Shown here one piece after another: positions 1 through 9,357 of a DNA stretch of 64,000 bases; position 1 is the stretch's first letter; every line of letters begins with the position of its first letter. Source of the stretch: Camelus ferus (taxonomy: Eukaryota). The stretch covers positions 22,694,001 through 22,758,000 of the forward strand of contig NC_045697.1 in NCBI RefSeq assembly GCF_009834535.1. The letters are read 5' to 3'. A model generated the notes under the pieces. The model was not told the origin of the DNA. It was given only the letters and a program-made list of their open reading frames with translations, and did not search any database. The translations under genes were made by a program, and so were the position numbers.

Positions 1-127
1 AACATCTGTAGGTTTCTCTTTCACCAATTTTCCTTAAGATACTTTCTAGATTGATTTTGGAGCCACATATCTAATTAAATAGGTATAAAATGTTTTCAAA
101 TTTCTACCTTTATTATCTTATTTATAG

Positions 128-246
128 GAAAATAGTGGAAAAAGTAAAAACCAGGAACAAAAATTGCTGTTGTAAAAGATCTCTGAATTTGAAGGCCTTG
201 ATTCAATTATCTTTAGGGAAATTTCAATGCTGAAGAATTTATCTTG
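128..246 (+). pseudogene. Exon remnant A: kinase subdomains II-III (beta3 Lys, alphaC Glu)
   Basis: Acceptor ttatcttatttatAG| (126-127) and donor ttg|GTaaga (247). Reads KPGTKIAVVK (148-177), then after a 1-nt frameshift KISEFEGLDSIIFREISMLKNLS (176-244). In-frame stops near the 5' end. Confidence 0.78.
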
Positions 247-850
247 GTAAGAAGGTTTCCTTTTGACAATCAGCACTATTAACAGCAGAGCTTTTAGCTC
301 TATTGAGACACGAGAAATATTGGGCAGTTTACATATTCCTCATTTTCAAAGAGAAATCGCTAAATAACAGCCTTTCAGAGATTGCATTCTTTGTCAGCCT
401 GGCATTGGGAAAAACAGCAATGATGCTTCAGATGTGTATTTTTAAAAAAAAAAATACACTGGTTCAATATTCAGACTAATAAGGTAGTTTCAAAAATTCA
501 AGCAGAGTGGAAACAATCATACACCTCATTCTTAAAGTGCCCCAACTTCCTTTTTAAGTTCAGTGTTACAGCTCTGTTCTTTGTGTGTCATTATTTATGG
601 CCTATACTGATGTGGTACTGAAATATAAGACATTAATAACAAATATATTTAAATTAAATTTATATGTGCTATTATTGATATTTTATATTACAGAGAGTTT
701 TGTATTAGCTTGATAAAAACATGCTTTCTCTTTCTTAATACCAAGTCCTTAAAATACTTTGTCATTATGGTTAGAATCTATTTTTAGTTTTTTTCTAGAA
801 AAGTATACATGTTTATGAAAGAAACAGCTTATTCGATTGATTTGGAAAAG

Positions 851-2968
851 GTCAGTCAGCATAGACTGAATTCCTCTGTAATAACAAACACCCTCCAAAA
901 ATCTCAGTGACTTGAAAACCATGAAGTTTTGTTTCTTGCTGTCAGTCACCCCCATTTAAGCTCACTGGACCACTCTGCTCCCCATAGTCATCTATAATTT
1001 ATGGGCACCATCTCAAATTTTACTGGTCACTAGTCCAGAGTCAAAGGAGGTTGCACCTCAGTACTTCTGCTTATGACTCAAAAGCCATATCCAGTTACTT
1101 GACTATATCCACCTAGAAGTGGGTTAAAAATAAGTGCATCCTACTAAGTTCTTAAAAGAGAAAGAACCAGAAGCATTTGCTGAACAGCACTTATAACCAC
1201 CACAACACAGATTTCTGAACATCAAATAGCCAATTCGCTCTCCATTCTGCATAGAATATATATTTACTCGCTTCTCAGAATAAACTCGTAAGCATTCACA
1301 AACCTCAATATTAACCCAAAAGTTGAGAATCTTTGGATGACGCATGTTGATCTGTGTATGCAAGTGATGTGCCAAATTCTCTATCTTAAAATCAGAAATG
1401 ACTCACTTTGATCCAGATAAATACATGTTATCTGAACCCCACAGCCCAATATGTGATGGTCTAACAAATACTGGAAAACTGCAGTCAATTCTCTTACATA
1501 GAAAAAGGAAAGTGTGAGACACAACACAGCTACAGCAATTCTGAAATGATCGATGGGCTAACTTTTTGAGGTATCCCCACCCTAGTGGTGAGGAATATTT
1601 TTGCACATTCCCCGACTCTACTTTGTGGGATGAGTTCCTCAGTCTATTGCTCTCTGTGGCTTTCTGCACCTCTTTCAGAGATTTTACGGTTTGTCATGAT
1701 TCTTGGCCACAAGTTCAAACTGGAGGAATATATCCTGCTGGGGGCTGAGTAGCGTTCTCAGCCTGATTTCTTTCCAGAGAAAGGTCATTTTAAGCTTTGG
1801 ACAGTCATAATTAGTCTAGGTTATGGTTATTTTGGGACTACAACTCTTTCAATAACTTGCCTTAACAATTGGAGTCCAATCAGTTCCACGTGCCAATGAC
1901 TGCAACCCCAGTTCTGTTTGAGACACACTTCTTTCTTTTGACTTAACCCCAAATAACTTGAGTTTACCAGCTTGAGTGGGTACCAGCTTGAGTGGGTATG
2001 TTATACCATTAAATAGTTTCCTAAACAATTCTGTTAACAAAAGGAATTTTGAGGGAACAATATCGATTCTTTCAGAGGTTTTTAACAATCAGTGTAATGG
2101 GTCTCCAACTGATGTGATCTTTCTGCAAGGTACATTTTAACTGACATTTTTGTTTATGTTTTCATTTTAATATTCATATCCTTGGGGTCAAGAAGCTGTA
2201 GCCACTTCCAGCTTAAATTTTTCTCTATATCTGAAATATCTTTGTATATCTTTTCTTCCCTGCTTTCAAATGGCCTAATTATTCACTGAGGTCAATTATT
2301 AATTGCAATATCTTGTCAAATGCAGCTAATGGCATCCAACATTGGCTGCTATCATTCTAATGTCCAGTGTTTTTTCTGCACATGATAACATCTTTATATA
2401 TATTCTGAATTTCAGACTATCTCAGGTGGTCAATTAACCAAATGTTCTGCCACTATGTTACACAGATTTCCATTTTTCAGTTTCCTTATCTTCAGATGAT
2501 CCATCCTTAAGACACTCGTGTGTTTAGGTTTGTTTGTTTTCTTCAGCAATATCTCTTTCCTGGTTTTGATTTCTGTGTCATGTGGGATAGACTAGGTTAT
2601 GCCATGGCAGCAATCAATCCTCAAATCTTGTGGCTCAAGCAACAAATATTTTAATTTGCTCATTTTACTTGTTCATCATAGGTCAAGAATTCTGCTACTC
2701 ATGTCACTCTGAGACCATGGCTGACAGAAGAGCAGACCCTTTGAATTATTTCCTGTGACCAGGCCAGAGTCAAAATGGAGCTCTGAAGGCTCTCACCCTG
2801 ACACTTAAGTGTTCTGCCCAGAAGTTCTCATTTTTGCTAACAAATCTTTGGCTAGAGCTAGTCACAAGTCTTTCCCCACCCTCAGATCAGGCAGGAAGTG
2901 AATTCTTATTCTGAGGCAAGAGAGAGGGAAAAACTAAAAGAAAATTATGAGCAGCACTAATATGTATT
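851..2968 (-). mobile_element. MaLR (MLT1J/K/L-like) element with both LTRs (about 851-1204 and 2574-2968) and internal region
   Basis: Two homologous LTR-like blocks (...aacaaacaccctccaaaatctcagtgacttg... and ...aatcaatcctcaaatcttgtggctc...), both ending in a ..cagcactWata.. motif, flank about 1.4 kb of MLT-int-like sequence ending cctggttttgatttctgt. Confidence 0.7.
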
Positions 2969-3149
2969 CTGTGATGCTCATAAATGCAAAGATCATATAT
3001 AGGATTTTAAAAATATCAGTGTATCTTTTTGAATTAACTCTTTTTGTGGTTGGCTTTATTCCTTTGTAAGTTTAAGATGCTAAAGTTCTAAATGTTCTTA
3101 GAAACAATGAACAGTACATATATGTAAATTAAAAAATATACATGCACTA

Positions 3150-3680
3150 AAAAAAAAGATCTATCAAGCCATGAAAGACATGGAAGAAACTTAAAAGACT
3201 AAATGAAAGAAGCCAGTCTGAAGAGGCTACAAACTGTACGATTCCAACCAAATGACATTCTGGAAAAGGCACAGCTACAGAAATAATAAAAAAGATCATG
3301 GTTTCCAGGAGTTTGGGGAAAGGGAGAGAGGGAGGTATGAATAGATGGAGTGCAAGGAATTTTTAGGGCAATGAAAATATTCTGTATGATACTATAGTGG
3401 TGGCTACATGTCATTATGCATTTGTCAAAACCCATAGAATGTACAACATCAAGAGTGAACCCTAATGTAAATTATGGAATTTGGTTGATAATAATGTGCC
3501 CATGTTGGTTCATTGTTGTACCAAATATGCCACACTGATGAGGGATGTTGAGGGTAGGGGAGTATATATGTGTGGGTGGGGAGGGCTGTGTGTGAACTCT
3601 GTATTTTCTGCTCAGTTCTGCTGTGAACCTGAAACTGCTCTAAAAGAATAAAGTCTATTAAAAAAATAAAAAAGAATAAA
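3150..3680 (+). mobile_element. L1MC1-like LINE-1 3' end
   Basis: Typical 3' UTR (gacattctggaaaaggc...gtcaaaacccatagaatgtacaac...ctgtgaacctgaaactgctctaaaa), aataaa and A-rich tail. Confidence 0.85.
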
Positions 3681-4905
3681 AATATCAGTGAATTATGGGC
3701 AACATAGATACCACATGCAAACATTTGTTTGAAACTACAAAAAGTTGTCTAATCCAAAAAAGTATTAACTAGTGAAGTGCTAGAAAATAACAGTCACCAA
3801 ATTCATAGAACGTTTGCAGTTAGATGATAAGTTAAAAGGTTCCTGTGGAGATAAATATCAGTGCTCCAATAGAGTAGGAGGTACTTTTACATTTAGGTGG
3901 TTCAGAAAACCTTGCTCATAACTAAATAGGGATATTTTCAACAGAATTAACAGTTGACATCATCGACGAAAACAAAAATGCTTAAAGATGTTGGTTAAGA
4001 TGGATACTACCAGCATGACAATGGTCCAGTTAAGATGGAAAGACCACTTAAAACTGGTCATTTAAAAGATTAGATACAGCAGTAAGCCATAGGCTGTTCA
4101 CCTCTTGGTAGCTCCATATTTCAAACACTTAATGATTCCCTGGGCATAAGAACTTACTCCTTTGTTTCAATTAATACTGAAGGCATTTAATTCAATTCAA
4201 CAGATAAACTATTCTGTGTCTCTGTTTTTGGTCTGGTGGCTACACAACATCAAACCATACAAATAGCTAAGACCCTCAAGCAATTCAAAGAGTAGCATGG
4301 AGGGGGGAGAAGCACAAAGTGATATTAATATATAGAATGTGAGTGGTACAAAATGGCCTGGAGATTCAGCAGTGAGAAATACTTTGAAAGAATCAGAAAG
4401 TGACTTCTGCAGGGTGTACAGTTTGGATACTGAAATTGAAAATGAATATAATGTCAATGCACAGAGATGAACCCTAGTCTGGGAAAGAAAGTCAAAGGCA
4501 AAGGGGCAAAGAAGGTTGTGGAAACGGTAAGTAGGTCAGCTGGGCTGTAGAGAGAAGCAAATATAAGGAAACACTGGTTCCAAAAAAGTGCATTAAAGTT
4601 ATGTAGAGGCCAGTTGTGACCTTTGCGCAATACCTGAATAAAGTTTTTTGTCCTGGTTGACCCTCTTGGCTACCTAAATCCCCACTGCTCATTCTCCCCT
4701 CTTGACCACTAAAGTATCTACATCACATCATTTGCAATACAATTATGAACGGTATTGGTTTGTACATGTGTGGATAAATGTTTAATTTTTGCCCTTCTGA
4801 TGGCTAGAACTCTCTATAGACTTTCTTATATGCTCATGTTATATAGCAAACTATTGACTATTGACTGATGTTTAAAATGTTAAAATTGCTGTATAAAATA
4901 TATTT

Positions 4906-5095
4906 CAGGGCCCACCACCTATTCCTTAAAATACAATTTTATTGGAACACAGCCACATTCATTTATGTCCTGTCTGTGACTGTGGTCATAATCCAATGGG
5001 AGAGGTGGGTAGTGGAGACAGAGACCATCTGCTCTGCAAAGTCTCAAATGTTTACTATCTGTCACATACCAGAGAAAGTTCACCAAACCTCTCTT
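4906..5095. mobile_element. MER58A-like hAT-Charlie non-autonomous DNA transposon
   Basis: ttttattggaacacagccac...cagagaccatc...tttactatctg...cagagaaagttcaccaaacc. Confidence 0.75.
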
Positions 5096-5999
5096 ATCTA
5101 GTACATTTATAAATGGGATCAATATATAAAAAATATTTTCGCACACATTTTTATCCTTATTAACAATGGTTGTGGATACTTCTATTTTATAGCTTCTGAA
5201 ATAAAGAAGATATGATTTATTACACATTACTTTGAATCAGTCTTTTTACTATACAACTTTTTAGATCATTAGTGTCAAAAAGAAGGCTAAGAAAAAAAAA
5301 CAAAAAGAAGGCTAAGAAACTAAGGACTGACAATTATTTAATGAAAAAGAATCAACATATATTTAAGATTTAGTTATCTAATTGAAAGAGATTAGGATGA
5401 TCAAACTGTTAAGTGCTAAAGCAACTGATGTTTTTCTAAAATACTCTATTGGGATTTAAGAGTCTGTCTAACCAGCATGCCACCACATCTACTCGAGTTT
5501 CCTCTAAGGAAAGAAAATATACTTACAAATGTATCAATTAGGCAGAAAAGGCAGAAAACCTGTTTACTTTATTGATACAGCTATTCTTACTGACTTAAGC
5601 ATAGCTATGGTAAAGACAAACTTCTGGTCTTAAAATTTAGAGTAAAAATAGTCATTGTTTAAGAACTTCACAGATTCCCAGTAAGACCCTGAAACCATAG
5701 CGTTTGGGAGAAGTGAGATCTGATCACACGAAAGATAGTCATGGAACCATTAGAACATTTACTGATGAGGGTTTGCATGCATAGGCTGTAATTACTATTT
5801 GTATCTCTTTAGATTTTGCTCCACATTGTAGTGTATGACAAAATATTTTGTTAATTTTATTTAATATTTTAATATTTAATTTTCTGTAAGTAAGTCAGAT
5901 AAAGAAACCTAATGTTGATAACAAAAGGTATAATTGAAAGAATAATGTGCTGGTATCTACTCACAGTTAATTAGCACTCAGGAAAATTGGACTTTCAGA

Positions 6000-6225
6000 C
6001 AGTGAATGGCCAAGTACACAAGCTCTAATCAGATAACCCTAACCTGAAATCCTGGTTCCTTCTCCTTATTAGCTGTGTGGCCTCGATAAATTTGGGGATC
6101 TTCTAAGCCTCATTGTCTTTATATATAAAATGAATTTAATAACAAGACCTAGCTCATTGGCTTGTAATTATGTTTAAATGAGATAATGAGCACTTGGGAG
6201 AGAATCAGTACTAAATAAATGTCTT
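6000..6225 (+). mobile_element. MIR SINE
   Basis: aatcctggttcc...ttattagctgtgtggcctc...aagcctcattgtc...taaaatg...ttaaatgagataatg core. Confidence 0.7.
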
Positions 6226-7479
6226 AATTGTTGTTGTTTACGTTGCTATGGTCCCTATGTATCCAGTGGCAGATTATGTTAATTGGGAGCATTATTCCTA
6301 GAAAGAAATAACGTGATTGGTTAAAAAAGAAATAAAACAAAAACCACAACCTGGCAATACGTAGCATAGTCATGAATCTAGTTAGAAAGAGAAAATTCTT
6401 GTAAATAAATAATCTTACTTCAAGTTCATTTTCTTTTTATGCTCAGTCCACCCGTGTATTTTACTATTACATTCTTTTAAAATTTTGTCACTGGTTGTAC
6501 TATTATTTTTAACTTTAAATTAAACTTAAAAATATATTCAGTAATAAGCACCTGCAAAATGTGCTACACACAGAAGATACAGCAAAGCAAAAATTACCCT
6601 TTTTAATTTAAAATGAGATCAACTTCTCCAGAAAGAAATTCATTCAAATGCTATTTTTAAGCACTCCATATAATGAGTAGCATATCTATTTTTTTGACAA
6701 ATAGTAAAATATACTGATATAACTTTCAAAAATGAAAAAAAAGTTAAATAGAAAAGGATATGTACTAAAGTTAACTGATTATAGCTTTTTTTTCATGTTG
6801 TGCCTTTTGACGATTTTGAACAAGTCATGTCTCTGTATTCCTTGAAATTGAAAAACATGAAACACCAAGTCTTTTTCACATTATATTTCCAGTTTTAACT
6901 TTTTAAACTCTAATGAAAAGAATATGATTACACTGAAAACTTATGAACAATAGAGATTAATAGTTCAATACAGAGTAATTTATTTTCACAACATATGGAT
7001 AAAACACACACACATCAAACTGGGAATGTGCTCTCTATGTAGTTCTCTTCTTTTCAACTGCTGGAAAATTAACTAATTGGAAACATTTTGAGGATTAATT
7101 GGTGAATGCTCATAGTTCATCAGAGAGACATTTTAATATGCTCATTACGTTCTTTTGAACCTGGTGTCAGTTCAGTTTTCTTAAAGGAATCACTAAAAGA
7201 GGAACTACATTAAAATAATCTTAAAGCCCAGATTAACCTTTTTCAGTTGATATGCTTTGGAATTCATTAATCACAAATTAACAAAGTAGACAAGTTAGCA
7301 AACAAAGAAATCCTTGTTGCATTACACAAGGGGCCAAGTTGCAACCACCATGATAAATGTCTGGATACATGTGTATATCTAGAGGGGACGGGTGGAGAAG
7401 GTGTCTACATACCTGATTTAGAGTTAAATTTACTTTCTTTACATTATAAGCTAAATCAAAGCCCATTTTTTCTCTTTAG

Positions 7480-7728
7480 ACTCAGAATTTTTCCAAAGTA
7501 AGGGGGAAAGTCCTAGCTGCTTATTCCAAAAACTGGAAGTACATCACCATTGGGCTAGAATTGTGTCAAGAAGATACAAATTGTGTGGAATGTACCATTG
7601 ACAAAGACAGCATCAATATTCAGTCATTTCTTTGGCCACTGGAGTGATTGACTATGATGGCTTCATTTTGGTCAGGCTTGTGGACGAGATGATGGCAAAA
7701 ATAACTGTAGGTTTCTGTTCCAATACAA
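7480..7728 (+). pseudogene. Exon remnant B: kinase subdomains IV-VII
   Basis: Acceptor ttttttctctttAG| (7478-79) and donor aa|GTgagt (7729). Reads TQNFSKVRGKVLAAYSKNWKYITIGLELCQEDTNCVECTIDKDSINIQSFL, frameshift at about 7632, then LATGVIDYDGFILVRLVDEMMAKITVGFCSNT. YITIGLELC resembles IRE1 YIAIELC; AKITVGFC resembles the DFG strand. Confidence 0.72.
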
Positions 7729-7894
7729 GTGAGTCCTGAAAAAAAAAAAAAAAGAAAAAAGAAAACCAAACCAAACCAAACCAAAACAACAGAGTAGACA
7801 GATTTCTGTGTAGTATGTTTGCACTGCTATTGGGCAATTTTTATAGAACAAATGTACCTGCCATTCATTTGAATTATGTTTTTTTAAAACATTT

Positions 7895-7998
7895 TACTAA
7901 GATTATATTTTTAGAGCAGTTTTATGTTCAGAGCAAAATTGAGAGGAAGGTGCAAAGATTTCCCACATGATCCCTGCCCCAACACATGTACAGTTTCC
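7895..7998 (-). mobile_element. L1MC-like 3' terminal fragment, followed by a MIR piece
   Basis: ttttagagcagttttatgttcagagcaaaattgag...agatttcccacat is the reverse complement of the same 3' end seen at about 3600-3650. Confidence 0.65.
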
Positions 7999-8647
7999 CA
8001 TCTGGAAACTGGAGATAATAATCATAACCTGTCGTTTCGTCACAGGTTATTTTGTGATTTAATGAAATGCCTGTAAAGACCTTTTCACTCACTGAAATAA
8101 AAGTAGATTTTCTCAAAAATGCCAAATCTATTACAGAAGAAAAAAGGAGGAGTTCAGGATTAGCATTCTACTCGTTGCTTCATTTTCAAAATAGGTAAAC
8201 AATTGGTATTAAAATTAGGCAGAAAGAAATGACAGGAGACTGCAGGCAATGTCTTGAAATCATGATGATTCACACAAGCTGAGGCCTGCTATCTTTGGGT
8301 CTCCAAAACCAGAGGTGGAGAAGGCAGTTTTTCTCTCTCTGCTCTTATATCTCTCTCATAAGTTTTGGTAAAGGTAGTAATTTCTCTGGATACAGGAAAA
8401 TATTTATAAAAATGTAAGTTACTCATGACAGGATACCAGCATCTAGGTCAACAGTAAGTCTAACAAAATATAATTAGGTAGAGTAACTGAAAGTACAGAT
8501 GGCTTTTACATAATTGTGACCAGATATATTTGAGCTGTTGCAATTTGAGTCTTGCAAATTATTTCCCAAAACGGTTTGGATGAACGTGTACCAACATTTA
8601 CTATGCAGTAGCCTCCCTTAATTTGCCATCTCCTTCCCTTCATGTAG

Positions 8648-8730
8648 AAGTAGGTTGCGAGAATGCAGGCAACTTCCCTCAACTAGTTACCCCAGGAGTA
8701 AACACTCTTGGAGACCTAAAAGGATTTCAG
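8648..8730 (+). pseudogene. Exon remnant C: activation segment (subdomain VIII)
   Basis: Acceptor ctccttcccttcatgtAG| and donor cag|GTgagt (8731). Phase-compatible with exon B: KVGCENAGNFPQLVTPGVNTL, with WRPKRI (8709-8726) in a shifted frame. Confidence 0.6.
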
Positions 8731-9100
8731 GTGAGTCTATTCAAATAGGTCATTTCATTCATCAAAAATTAACATTTCTTCTGGAATAACTTTGAATTCT
8801 TTGGTGTTATTAAACATGGGGACAAACGTTATATTTTAACGACCGTCAATAACAGTCTCCCCCTCTATTTCTCTCTCATTCCCTCTCTCATGTCAAATTT
8901 TAAGTGGTTGGCGTTGTTCTGTGAAATGTTTCACTACACACTAGAGAAGCTGAGGAGAGTTTGTTGAGCAGAATTCAATTTAATTCTTACTTTTAGGACT
9001 CAGAGGCCAATACATCCTTCTTTCCAATCTCACTCCCTACAAACCACTCTTGTTAATTTTATTTCCAAAATGTTTGATAGGAGAACATGTAGAAAAACTT

Positions 9101-9357
9101 GGAGCCGCCATGTGCCAGTGAGTCGGCGGGCGCCTGGAAGAGAGCCCGGCTGGCACGCAGAAGGCAGCTCTGGGGCGGAGAGCGCGCCGGGCACCCTCAG
9201 GGCACAAGACACCAGTCTGCACTCAGCCGGGTCAGCCGGGTCAACCAGCCAGGAGGACAAAGGGAACTGGGGTTCCGAACCCACTGCCTCCAGGTGTTAG
9301 ATGCCCCATCAGACAGTGCTGGAAAGCCCGAAGAGGTGGTTTCTGGAACTGTCGACC
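9101..9357. promoter_or_regulatory. Small CpG-rich patch (candidate enhancer/promoter)
   Basis: About 15 CpG in 257 bp in an otherwise CpG-depleted window; contains GCCGCCAT (YY1-like) and GGGTCAgccGGGTCA (DR3). Confidence 0.5.

Noticed and set aside
217..246. 30-nt microexon GNFNAEEFIL (tttag...gtaaga)
   Set aside because: The longer 128-246 exon in another frame explains the kinase motifs better.
7652..7837. Minus-strand exon after a poly-T 'acceptor'
   Set aside because: The acceptor is just the complement of an A run; the + strand gives the kinase reading.
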